A stretch of 62,500 nt of DNA, counting the filler, from Stramenopiles sp. TOSAG23-3 (taxonomy: Eukaryota): assembly GCA_900128585.1 (NCBI GenBank). It is 10 parts of 10 records of this genome, joined end to end, with 100 filler letters (N's around TTAATTAATTAA, not from the genome) between each part and the next. Parts side by side here need not be neighbours in the genome. Positions count along the whole stretch, not along the records: positions 37,387 to 46,612 come from LT642938.1; positions 46,713 to 55,937 come from LT642939.1; 8 more parts are not named here. The stretch is one strand, 5' to 3'. The notes beneath the pieces were generated by a model that was given only the letters and a program-made list of their open reading frames with translations, was not told where the DNA came from and made no database searches. This document shows positions 44,619 to 54,412 of the stretch, piece by piece; within the stretch, counting starts at the first letter, position 1; each line of letters starts with the position of its first letter. Position numbers and translations under genes: made by a program.

Positions 44619-46136
44619 ATGAGCTCTTTTGCGTCGTCGTCGTCTTCCTCTGGCTCGAAAAAGCTTTCTGAGAATGTTCAGAATAAGTTGAACGCAGCAG
44701 TTGCTAGTGGTAACAATCATTTGGATATTTTTTCCCTTACCTCACGAGAGCGATCTTTAAAAAAATGGGAGATAGCTCACATTTTTGTAAAGTTAATTGC
44801 GTACGGTGGGAATGATAATTTTTCTGGGCCACTAAAGGTTCCCATTGAAACTGTAAGCGTGACCAGGGAAGGCCCTAAATTTCAGTTAAGGAAGCTGGTA
44901 TACGGGGAAGAGATTGTTTACAGAGACCAATACCCGCAGATGGAGCAGAGCGAGCTTCTTGTTTTAGGCCTAGGAATATCCATAAACCTGTGCAGACCAA
45001 ACTCGACGCTCACACGCATTGACATAGCAGGAAATTGCATACCTGAACGGGATTTCATCGACTACATATTGAAAGCCATCTCTCTGCGGCATGAGGATTA
45101 TAGAGAAATTGATTTTTCTGCGCAAGGGTTAACCGCCATTAAGCATTTTGGCGGAACGGTTCTATTGAGATCAAACGAATTATACATTGAACCCATGATT
45201 GAAAATCTTCTCACGGTCAAGTATTATATTCCCGTCATAAAAGATGTTCATGACGAAAGACGCCCGAAAGACACCGAAACCTTGGAGGAGGAAGGTTTTA
45301 ACTGTAGTCCTCTGAAATCTATATCATTTGGACGAAACGACATAGCTCCAATCTTTCCATACTTTAATCACCACCCGCAGCTAGAAACATTGAATTTAAA
45401 CGAGACGGAGTTTGGCGGCCGATCTACCCTCTTTAGCTTTGACAAAATGGGGGAACATCGCCCAGAAATAGGCGGTGCTAGAAAAAAATTCTCTTTCGAA
45501 GACAACTTTTCGCAATTGTCAAATACGAAGACCAAGATCTACGACCCTAGAAATGTTGGGGGTGAGAGTGTTTTGCATATTCAAGAAATGAACAGTGGGA
45601 TGAATCTACTGATACGGTCCTCAATGAACACGTGGAGTTTATTGACTCATTTAGATCTCAGTGGTTGTGGAATTTTCGACAAACAGGCACAGGCGCTGAG
45701 GCGGGCCATCGGTTCTGAATTCTGTCGTTTGCGTCATCTTAATTTGGCCATGAATCCCCTTGACTGTGAAATGGTTGATACAATTGTTCGAGCACTCCAG
45801 ATCAACAAAAGCTTGAGAGAGTTAAATTTAAATTCTACTTGCGAATTTGGACTGATCATGCCCCATAAATTGTCTTTGGACCCTGACCCTTTGCCCCCAA
45901 ACGCAGATCGCAAAAAACAAAAGACAGACGAAGAGTGTGAAAATGACTTTAGCTCGATGTTGAAAGGCATGGAAGAGGCTCTATTACACAACCACACTTT
46001 GGAATATTTAGACTTGGGAAACAATGAATTATTGATGTCGCATATCATTGTTCTCGACAAATCGTTGAAAGAGGGGACTCTGGATCGGCTGGGTAAAGTT
46101 GTTGGAGACGAAAAAATAAACTGGGATCGCCAGTGA
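44619..46136 (+). CDS. RNI-like leucine-rich repeat protein
   Basis: LTRIDIAGN, LETLNLNET, LTHLDLSGCGI, LRHLNLAMN, NKSLRELNL, NHTLEYLDLGNN. Confidence 0.85.
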   Translation: MSSFASSSSSSGSKKLSENVQNKLNAAVASGNNHLDIFSLTSRERSLKKWEIAHIFVKLIAYGGNDNFSGPLKVPIETVSVTREGPKFQLRKLVYGEEIVYRDQYPQMEQSELLVLGLGISINLCRPNSTLTRIDIAGNCIPERDFIDYILKAISLRHEDYREIDFSAQGLTAIKHFGGTVLLRSNELYIEPMIENLLTVKYYIPVIKDVHDERRPKDTETLEEEGFNCSPLKSISFGRNDIAPIFPYFNHHPQLETLNLNETEFGGRSTLFSFDKMGEHRPEIGGARKKFSFEDNFSQLSNTKTKIYDPRNVGGESVLHIQEMNSGMNLLIRSSMNTWSLLTHLDLSGCGIFDKQAQALRRAIGSEFCRLRHLNLAMNPLDCEMVDTIVRALQINKSLRELNLNSTCEFGLIMPHKLSLDPDPLPPNADRKKQKTDEECENDFSSMLKGMEEALLHNHTLEYLDLGNNELLMSHIIVLDKSLKEGTLDRLGKVVGDEKINWDRQ

Positions 46137-46198
46137 GTTTTGAAAGACATTAAAGTTTTTTGTCTCAGGACTGTTTTTATTTTTAAGGTAATTAAATT

Positions 46199-46330
46199 AA
46201 AATTTAGTTCGCAGTACATGAAGGAATGTAAAACCTCTAATGGACAAAAGCTGAGTAGAGATTCATTTTCGCGGTATATGAGGGAGCTAAATTTTAATTA
46301 CTCTATGCTATTAACAGCCAATTTTTTGTT
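46199..46330 (+). promoter_or_regulatory. Conserved 3'-flank element A (downstream of LRR gene)
   Basis: AAATTTAGTTCGCAGTACAT ... GCGGTATATGAGGGAGCTAAATTTTAATTACT...TAACAGCCAATTTTTTG; core is 179 nt past the stop. Confidence 0.55.
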
Positions 46331-46517
46331 CAAAACAAAATAAATTACCACGAAAGTGAATCTTTTAAATTTTCTTGCTTTTTAATTAAAACGCCAACGA
46401 ACCTCGTCTACCGCACTGCTGATCGAAAATGACACAAAGACCCTCCCCCGACATCTCAACCCACAGATGACAACCCCTTGACTGATTTACAAGACAGACA
46501 ACGAGCACCTCAAAAAC

Positions 46518-46596
46518 AATTAAGCCGCTGCTCGGAAGATCGTACAAGGATTGAGTTATCTCTGAGTGAGATATCGGATGAGGCCGATAACGGACA
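46518..46596 (+). repeat. Dispersed repeat, copy 1 (copy 2 at 62422-62500)
   Basis: 74/79 identical, ungapped, by manual alignment. Confidence 0.9.
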
Positions 46597-46712
46597 AAAG
46601 GAATTAAATTGTNNNNNNNNNNNNNNNNNNNNNNNNNNNNNNNNNNNNNNNNNNNNTTAATTAATTAANNNNNNNNNNNNNNNNNNNNNNNNNNNNNNNN
46701 NNNNNNNNNNNN

Positions 46713-46746
<34 letters not shown>

Positions 46747-47359
46747 CAGCGACACACCCCAATTTGACCTTCTTCACTTCTTCACTTTTTTTGAACAACA
46801 ACTGCTTCCTCAGTCCTTCGTCCTTCGTCCAGATTCAATCGTTTTTAAAATACATAGTCTAAAATATATATTACTATGTATATAATAATTTAATGCTTTA
46901 ATCTATACTATATATATGTAATGTATTTTGCTTAATTTACCTATTGAAATATATGTTGTAATATGATATTGTATTTATAACTATAAGAATTGAATTGGAA
47001 ATTCTTCATTAAGAAGAAGAAAGAAGAAGAAAGAACAACAAAAGAAATTTATAAAATACATCATCGTAGTAGTATGGATAATACAGAAAAAAAATACCAA
47101 AGAAGAAGAGAAGAAGCTGCTTCTTCGTCGGGGGGGTGGCCGGCGGCGGTTTTCTTCCTGTTTTTCTGTTTTCTTTCTGTTTTCTTCTGCGTGGCCGCCA
47201 CTTTTTCTAAAAGGCGCCTATCTTTTCTTCTCCTTTCGAGATTGGCATGAACGCATTTATGTATGTATTTTTTGACGATCATTTTTGATCTAATGGGATT
47301 ATCGGGTTTCAACGGAAATATAAAGTCTATTTCGGCCCGAGAATAATTGTTCGGAGCAT

Positions 47360-48407
47360 ATGGCGTCGTCGGTGTTTTGCCGCAATTTATTGTCCGGCAA
47401 AGTTGCAGTTGTTTCTGGTGGAGGGACGGGAATTGGATACGCAATTGCTTCGGAATTTTTAAGTCTAGGCGCAAATGTAGTAATCGCAAGTAGGAATGCA
47501 GAGCATCTCAATAGTGCAGTAGATAAACTCTCGAGTTTTGTTGAAAAGTCCTGCAAAGATATTCAACCGAAAGTTTCCTACGAGGTGGTAGATATAAGGG
47601 AAGAAAGTCAAGTTAGAAGTTTGTTTTCAAATGTCCTTCAACAGCACGGCCAAGTGGACATTCTTGTGAACAATGGAGGGGGGCAATTTCCGTCTCCTGC
47701 AAATACGATGCGATTGAAAGGGTGGAACTCTGTAATAGAAACCAATCTGACCGGTACAGTAAGTTCACCGATTAACAGTTAACCGGTCCGTCCAACCAAT
47801 ATTTCGGAACTAACATGTGCCGCTCCTTTGCCTTCCTTCTCCACAACACTAGTACATGATGTCGAAAGAGGCCGTCAACCAACACATGGGCCTTCATGGC
47901 GGCTCTATTGTAAACATTGTTGCGTGCGTAGACAATGGTTTCCCTGGCATGTCTCACACAGGCGCGGCTCGCGCAGGCGTTATTAATTTGACCAAGTCCA
48001 TGGCAACTGAGCTCGCGCACTGCGGGGTTCGCATAAACTCTGTCTCCCCAGGTATAATTTACAGCGAGAGCGCTGCTAAGAACTACGAGGACCCAAACTT
48101 GCTCCTGTCCAATGCTGCAAAAATACCATTCAAGCGTCTTGGTACGGTGGAAGAGGTGAGCTCCGCCGTTACATTTTTGGCATCCCCTGCAAGCAGCTAT
48201 GTGACCGGGACCAACTTCACAGTTGATGGCGGGTTGACTATGGCCGGAACGTTGTGGAAGGTACCATCGCACGAAACACAACCACCCTTTGCTGGAGATG
48301 CCAGCACCCTCAGGCCCGATGAAGAAGATGTGGAAAATCCAATCAGCAAGATGTCGCACTTAGTAGACTTTAGTCATTTGGGCAATAGTGCACACAGAGG
48401 GAAATAG
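47360..48407 (+). CDS. PECR: Peroxisomal trans-2-enoyl-CoA reductase-like SDR; exons 47360-47758 and 47853-48407
   Basis: VSGGGTGIG, LVNNGGGQF, GFPGMSHTGAARAGV, GVRINSVSPG. Splicing gives ETNLTGT|YMMSKEA in frame (317 aa). Confidence 0.88.
47759..47852 (+). other. 94-nt spliceosomal intron
   Basis: GTAAGT donor, CTAAC branch site at 47810-47814, pyrimidine tract, TAG acceptor; phase 0; restores the SDR frame. Confidence 0.9.
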
Positions 48408-48461
48408 TAGTGAAACGTGAAATCAAAAGTAACAAGCAAGAAGAGTACCACATCATTTTAG

Positions 48462-48491
48462 AACAAAATAATGGCTGTTATTTTTACCGCA
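48462..48491 (-). promoter_or_regulatory. Conserved 3'-flank element A variant (downstream of CS-PDI gene)
   Basis: Minus strand GCGGTAAAAATAACAGCCATTATTTTG, 212 nt past the stop at 48689. Confidence 0.45.
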
Positions 48492-48688
48492 TATATTTAA
48501 TATTTTAATATCATATAAAAAGAATGAAGTCTTTCGAAAATTGTGTCTGATTTACGATAAGATTTTAAAAATTACTTCGTGTTATCATATATGAAAACAC
48601 GATCTTCTCAGAAAACGCGTTTTCCTCTTTATAATTATAACGACACCAATGTCTATGCGCGTGCAACGACGACAATTCGGAAGAGGGA

Positions 48689-50803
48689 CTAAAGTTCTTC
48701 TAGTCCCGCCCCGCCGCCCTCCTGGTTTGTCATTTTGGCCTGGTTATGCTTTGCTCGAGCGAGCGCAGAGGAAAAATGCATAATCTTTGCCTCGTCCTTG
48801 AGGACATGGCTCCTTTTCTTCACGAACGCGGCGACGTCGCGTATTGAATGCAGCTTGTTCTTTCCTTTCTTTTTCTTACCTTTTCTCTTTCGCACCCGTT
48901 TGTCTGTGTTAAAAATGACAGCCGTCCCCCCTGTGGCGATAAGGTAAACTTTTGGCCGAAGATCATACTCGCTCGCACCTGGAAAAAGTGCAGGGTCGGC
49001 GTAGTTCTCAACAATATCCATCGCTCCCACCATAAAGTCGGGTACACCTTCCATTGCTTTTGCAATCATTACAGCAACGGAGTTGATTTTTTTCGCATAC
49101 CCGTCGTCCCTGTTCACGAGGAAGAGAAGGGTTTCTTTGTGATCCACAGCATCAAACACCGCCGAATCTAGGGTTTTCCAAACCACTTCGCGTACGTAAC
49201 CGGGGACGAAATAGTTATTGGATGGGATTGGCCCTGACAATTGTGTCGGCTTTGGCATGTTTCTCCCCCCCTTTAAGTACGACGTGCAAAACGCTTTTAC
49301 AGACACCGGGGTTGCAGGCTCCTGTGCCCCCCCCTCTTGGTCAGCGTCACTTTCCAGCGCATACTTAAGGCTGCCGTAGCTTCCGTTGGACAAAATGCCA
49401 AAAAACGGCAGAGTGGCGTAACTCGGAGAAGTTCCAAAATCGTTGAGGCGAAAAAAGTCTGAGGTGCCAACCCAAAAGAACTGAATTTTCCCCAAAAACG
49501 ATTTTGCAACGGACATAAAGCTGTCATCGTGGACGTCGCCCAGCGCGTCCCCCGAGTCCCGGTCCTTGTCGTTTCCCAAAAAGAGTAGCCCCAGCGGAAG
49601 GCTAGATGACTTCATCCGATCGTAGACACCAGCATCGAAGCGAGCGAACATTGGATTTTTGTGAATTTCCACCCATTCCTGGAGGTCTTTGGCACCGTTG
49701 CCATCGGTTGCTTTTGAAAAACTGTACAGAATGATTTGAGAACTGTGTTTGCGAAAGAAAGCAATGCCAAACTTTATTCCATATTTTTCTCCCAGTTCCG
49801 TTGCCACGCTTTCGACCGCAACAGCGCAATGTATTTCTGGGGCAGCGTTGGACCCTGAGTAGTGCGCTCCATCACGGTAGCGGATGCAAATTTTCCGAAA
49901 AATGTCAATGGCAGACCGGCGCATGGGGCGGTCAAAGAACCCAACTAAAGCCAACGATTGCTTTCGGTGGAACGCCGTCAAGTTTTTCTCGCTGAGAATT
50001 GGTGCCAGGACTGGCCGCAAGAAATTTTCGAGTTTCCGGCGGTACGAGCGGGCGTCGATCCCCCCTTGAAAGTAGGAGGGGACCGTCTGGTTGTCGTCCC
50101 TTCGCCACACGTATGTCCGGCACGACCCCCCTGTAATTCCCAGCCCACTTGCAAACTCCGATTGTTCCCTGGCATCAATCCACCCAAAAAATACCGCTTT
50201 GTTTTTACCATTGAGCAAGGAGGATACATCGCCATAGACGACCCCGTGCTTCAGGCACAAGGGGTCCCACGGGTGCGCAAAGTAGGCCACAACGGCGTCG
50301 TGGGAAACGACAGCTTTTGCAAGCGCATCTTTGTCCAAGCTAGGCACTTTAGCACCTGCAAGGTGTTGGAGGAGGATCGGCGAGATCGTGTCACCCACTT
50401 CGTTCCACTTGTCCCAGTTCCTCGACACTTGCACTCCTGGCGCCTCTGGCGAACTGAGCAGGCGATCAAAAACGTGCGATTCTTGTTTCCAAAATTCACA
50501 CGATATCTTCTTTGTAGATACTTGCTTGCACGCCGACCGGCCCGAGTCTACGCCTTCGCGAAACTGAAACCCAAGGAGTTCACTGTCCGGCTCGCTCCCA
50601 CAGCTCACGCTGATATGAAAATCGGAAAACACAGTACGGTATCTTTTGCACGGCTTGGGCATTGCCATGGAAAGGTGCACATTGTTTGAATCTTGCCACC
50701 AAGTCACCTTCGGCCACTTGTTTTTCCCACCTGTCCCGCCTGCTACAACAAACGCCAAAGTGAGAAGCAGCGCCACAAAACGGTACCTCAACCATACGTC
50801 CAT
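48689..50803 (-). CDS. Secretory CS(p23-like)-domain + multi-thioredoxin-fold (PDI-like, non-canonical active site) protein, C-terminal LEEL
   Basis: ATG at 50803, signal peptide; PKVTWWQD..VHL ... FDRLL ... NWDKW (p23/CS pattern); YFAHPWDPLC, LVGFF, VREVVWKTLDSAV (PDI a/b/a' patterns). Confidence 0.72.
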   Translation of the reverse strand: MDVWLRYRFVALLLTLAFVVAGGTGGKNKWPKVTWWQDSNNVHLSMAMPKPCKRYRTVFSDFHISVSCGSEPDSELLGFQFREGVDSGRSACKQVSTKKISCEFWKQESHVFDRLLSSPEAPGVQVSRNWDKWNEVGDTISPILLQHLAGAKVPSLDKDALAKAVVSHDAVVAYFAHPWDPLCLKHGVVYGDVSSLLNGKNKAVFFGWIDAREQSEFASGLGITGGSCRTYVWRRDDNQTVPSYFQGGIDARSYRRKLENFLRPVLAPILSEKNLTAFHRKQSLALVGFFDRPMRRSAIDIFRKICIRYRDGAHYSGSNAAPEIHCAVAVESVATELGEKYGIKFGIAFFRKHSSQIILYSFSKATDGNGAKDLQEWVEIHKNPMFARFDAGVYDRMKSSSLPLGLLFLGNDKDRDSGDALGDVHDDSFMSVAKSFLGKIQFFWVGTSDFFRLNDFGTSPSYATLPFFGILSNGSYGSLKYALESDADQEGGAQEPATPVSVKAFCTSYLKGGRNMPKPTQLSGPIPSNNYFVPGYVREVVWKTLDSAVFDAVDHKETLLFLVNRDDGYAKKINSVAVMIAKAMEGVPDFMVGAMDIVENYADPALFPGASEYDLRPKVYLIATGGTAVIFNTDKRVRKRKGKKKKGKNKLHSIRDVAAFVKKRSHVLKDEAKIMHFSSALARAKHNQAKMTNQEGGGAGLEEL

Positions 50804-51181
50804 TATTTCGTCCCTTTCCAACGTCAAGGCTATAGAACAAATACGAGGAAGAGTTTCTACACCAACAACAAAAGATACGTAAACGAAAGCAAACAACAAA
50901 CAGCTCCCCTTCCCCTCCTAATGCGTGTACGAAATAATTATATTGTACAACCTATCTGTAAAGGAAAGAAATGTCTTGTCAACCTTCCCGGAAAATAAGA
51001 AATTATATTTTTTTTTCTTTCTTTCATTCTTCTCTTCTTTTTTTTTCTTCTTCTTCTTCTTCTTCTAGCTAGACTAATAATACAACATCATCTTCTCTCA
51101 AGTTATTCTTTTTTTCTTCTTCTCTCTCTTCTCCTCCTCCTGCTATCTCTTCTTATTTCTATATTATAATATATGTTTCTA

Positions 51182-51239
51182 CACTCAGGCCGTAATGTAA
51201 TAAGTACAGAAACCTATCACATAAATTATGGCCTGAGTG
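51182..51239. repeat. 18-bp imperfect inverted repeat / hairpin (22-nt loop)
   Basis: CACTCAGGCCGTAATGTA ... TAAATTATGGCCTGAGTG, 16/18 complementary. Confidence 0.8.
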
Positions 51240-51522
51240 GGCTATGCTGTGTCCATTCGCCTGATCACACCCACGAGCGGCTCCTCCCATTCTCTATCGA
51301 CAATTACGTAAATTATAGAAATGCGCCCCTGCCAGGCATCCCGAAGGGTCATTTTATGATTTTGATTACTATATGGCACTTGTGAAGTGTTGGCAAAAGG
51401 ATAATTGTATAATTGTAGTGAAGAAACTTGATGGTAAAAAGAAAAGTAAACCAAACCATTAACATTCAAAACACTTTGTATTCATTTATATATGAACGAA
51501 AACGAAAGGTATTTTTTGTCAA

Positions 51523-53187
51523 ATGCAGCGTCGAACGAGAGCGGTCGTGTTCCTGGTATTGTGCTTCGTCACGAATGCAAAAGCCTTTCAACCAGCTAAC
51601 AGAATTGAATTAAAAAGCGCTGTAGATGCATGTTTACAAATAGATGATACAGGAAGGACGTGTGAAAAAGATGGCGTGCATATATCACTGTGGGATACCT
51701 CCAAAGTTACTGATATGAGCCACATGTTTTACAAATATTATAAGTTTAACGGAAATGTAACAAATTGGGACGTTTCAAAAGTAACAACGATGTTTTACAT
51801 GTTTTATATGAACCAAAAATTTCAAGGAGACGTATCTAATTGGAACGTGGGAAAAGTTACAATTATGAGTGGTATGTTTTCCTACTGCCGCAAATTTAAT
51901 TCAGATCTGTCGAGTTGGGATGTTGGAAAAGTAACTAATATGGAGTATATGTTCAAGACTACTAACGAACAATTTAATAGCGATCTATCGAGTTGGAATG
52001 TTGGAAACGTCACAATAATGTCATTTATGTTTTCTCAATCCAATTTTAATGGAGATATTTCTAATTGGGACGTAGGAAAAGTAACCGATATGAGGTACAT
52101 GTTTTCAGGCGCTTCAAATTTTAATGGAAATATATCCAAATGGAATATCGGTAAAGTTAAATATATGCAAGGTATGTTTCGAAATTGCAGAAGCTTCAGC
52201 GGCGATCAAATTTCAAATTGGGACGTCTCTAACGTTATTCTTGTACTGGAAATGTTTCACGGAGCCACCATCTTCAACGGTGATATATCGAGTTGGAACC
52301 TTGGTAGAGTAACCCAGATGGATGGGATGTTTTTAAAAGCTTCAAAATTTAATGGGGATATTTCTAATTGGAACGTCGGTAAGGTGACTGGTATGGAGGG
52401 TATGTTTAGAGATGCTTCCACTGGTATGTTTCGTTCAACCAATTATAATGGAGATCTCTCGGATTGGAACGTTGGCAATGTTAAATACATGTGGGGAATG
52501 TTTGAAGATAATAAAAAATTTAACGGAGATTTATCAAATTGGAATGTAGAAAAAGTACAGTATATGTTCAACATGTTTTCAGGTGCTTCCAATTTCAACG
52601 GCAATATTTCAAATTGGGACGTGGGAAAAGTTACAAGGATGGATTCGATGTTTGAAAGTGCTTCCAATTTCAACGGAGATATTTCAAATTGGAACGTTGC
52701 TCGAGTTACTAATATGAGAAACATGTTCAAAAAGGCTAACAGCTTTAGTCCTACATGTGGGCAATGGGATTGTCCATTTCCTAGCAGCACAACATATGCC
52801 TGTGTCTGCGACGTCAACGAAACCACAAGACCGGTACTGGTAACAACCACAAAAAGACCATCAAATACGGAGGCACAGAATGACAGTACTGATAGCACGG
52901 ACACGCTATTGAGGATTTTAATTTTATCATTCGTTGGTTTATGCATATGTAGCATGCTAGGTTTTTTTGTAAAAGTATGGTTTGCACCACGACCTGAAGG
53001 AAATTCATTGCAAAACAGAAATACATGGAACATGAATGCGGTCGAATTAAAGCAAAGAAACCAACCACAAAACAAACAACAAATTCAAAATATAGATCCA
53101 GCGTTAAATACACAACATAATGTTAACGTATTAAATCCAGTACGCGAATCTGCAGTTGTTGCGTTTAAACTCAAAAATGCAATTTGA
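51523..53187 (+). CDS. DUF285 / BspA-type (PARCEL) repeat surface protein, type I membrane
   Basis: Signal peptide; 14 ~25-aa repeats W(N/D)V.KVT.M..MF....FNGDIS; Thr-rich stalk; TM LLRILILSFVGLCICSMLGFFV; N/Q-rich tail. Confidence 0.92.
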   Translation: MQRRTRAVVFLVLCFVTNAKAFQPANRIELKSAVDACLQIDDTGRTCEKDGVHISLWDTSKVTDMSHMFYKYYKFNGNVTNWDVSKVTTMFYMFYMNQKFQGDVSNWNVGKVTIMSGMFSYCRKFNSDLSSWDVGKVTNMEYMFKTTNEQFNSDLSSWNVGNVTIMSFMFSQSNFNGDISNWDVGKVTDMRYMFSGASNFNGNISKWNIGKVKYMQGMFRNCRSFSGDQISNWDVSNVILVLEMFHGATIFNGDISSWNLGRVTQMDGMFLKASKFNGDISNWNVGKVTGMEGMFRDASTGMFRSTNYNGDLSDWNVGNVKYMWGMFEDNKKFNGDLSNWNVEKVQYMFNMFSGASNFNGNISNWDVGKVTRMDSMFESASNFNGDISNWNVARVTNMRNMFKKANSFSPTCGQWDCPFPSSTTYACVCDVNETTRPVLVTTTKRPSNTEAQNDSTDSTDTLLRILILSFVGLCICSMLGFFVKVWFAPRPEGNSLQNRNTWNMNAVELKQRNQPQNKQQIQNIDPALNTQHNVNVLNPVRESAVVAFKLKNAI

Positions 53188-53215
53188 GACGAGATTTCCA
53201 AATACAGTTATTTAT

Positions 53216-53370
53216 GTGTCGTGGTCCTCCCGTGACAATTAATTGGAAAATTGAGCCCTCCTCCCATGGGATATTCTGTGTCAGTCCTCCCGTGGGTGGG
53301 ACGTGTCGCCCTCCTGTGACATTTAATTGGAAAATTACGCCCTACGCCCTCCTCTGGGAAAAACCCTCCT
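53216..53370 (+). repeat. Degenerate direct repeat with CCTCC cluster
   Basis: GTGTCG..CCTCC(C/T)GTGACA(A/T)TTAATTGGAAAATT..GCCCT at 53216-53259 and 53303-53343. Confidence 0.75.
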
Positions 53371-53656
53371 CTATAATTATAATAATTTTATTTTTTTTTT
53401 ATTATTAATTATTATAATAATATTATTATTACTGTATTATTACTGTATATTATTATTATTATTTTTATACTTGGTAGTATATTATTATGTGTGCAGGCAC
53501 TTTTGTTGTTGCTTCTTCTTTTCTTCGTCTTGCTGAATCATAGGAAGAAAGGCATATTTTCCTTGGTGGTATGGATTCGCAACACAACAGGGAGGGAGGA
53601 ATAGATATCGAGAAGTGTATGGTTTGTGCGCCTCTGTGTTTGTCTTTTTGTTGCGC

Positions 53657-54412
53657 ATGATAAGTGAACACCCTGGGCAAGAAGCCACGGCGGTGGGCTT
53701 GGTGCCGTCAGACGTCCGACCACGTTTGTTGGCGAGGGCGGAGACCCGCGGTTTAAGGCAGTTGGACCCGGCGTCCTGGTTAGAGTATACGGACGTAAAG
53801 CATCGATATGGAAAGTCGTTGATGTTGTATTATAGGTATTGGAATATGTATGAGAAAGATAGTGAGGACGACCAGGACTTTTTCCTGTGGCTCGACCATG
53901 GGTTTGGAAAGCACCGGGATTTGCCTTGGCTGCGGCGCAAAAAGTTAGAAGCCTCCCAGGTGCAGTACATGACCGAGAGCCAACGGGCCCTGTTTGAAAT
54001 CAAGGTGGAGAACGGCATAATGACGTTGAACAATTCACCATCAGGGGAGAGGCTGAACACGTCACGTTGGGGGTGTGTTGGGGCGTGGCAAGCGGGGATG
54101 AATTTTGGGAGAGGGATTTGGATTTTTGTACTCTCGATGGACTTTCGATTGTACGTAGCCCAAAAGATTACGGGACGACTGCACCATTCTAGTTTTCTCG
54201 CCGGTGGACCAACACGGGCAGCTGGGAACATCATTGTGCGCGATGGAAAACTCCTTGCAATAGCGGGGACGAGTGGTCATTACAGACCAACGGCGGAGAA
54301 CATTACTCTGATGAAGGAGTGGTTGGCCAACAACGGGGTTGTTATGAAGGACATCCATTGGTTTGGGCATTCCATGGGCCCGCTTCAGTTCTTCAAGGCG
54401 TGCTATTCGTAA
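53657..54412 (+). CDS. IQM-family-like protein (conserved core only; start uncertain)
   Basis: WLEYTDVKHRYG..L..YY..W, FFLWLD.G.GK, WIFV, HHSSFLAGG...AAG, SGHYRP, as in plant IQM / fungal homologues. Confidence 0.8.
   Translation: MISEHPGQEATAVGLVPSDVRPRLLARAETRGLRQLDPASWLEYTDVKHRYGKSLMLYYRYWNMYEKDSEDDQDFFLWLDHGFGKHRDLPWLRRKKLEASQVQYMTESQRALFEIKVENGIMTLNNSPSGERLNTSRWGCVGAWQAGMNFGRGIWIFVLSMDFRLYVAQKITGRLHHSSFLAGGPTRAAGNIIVRDGKLLAIAGTSGHYRPTAENITLMKEWLANNGVVMKDIHWFGHSMGPLQFFKACYS

Noticed and set aside
46713-46745. 33-nt poly-C at contig start
   Set aside because: Homopolymer at a contig edge, probably a sequencing artefact; not a telomere repeat.
48240-48407. PECR-like protein ends AHRGK, lacking a canonical PTS1
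   Set aside because: Targeting signals vary in protists and an alternative 3' splice cannot be excluded; too weak to report.
31958-50803. Apparent clustering of ER chaperone genes (GRP94 and CS-PDI) and of three SDRs
   Set aside because: They are separated by artificial contig joins, except the two divergent SDRs at 4075-6492, which belong to different subfamilies; no evidence of a gene cluster.
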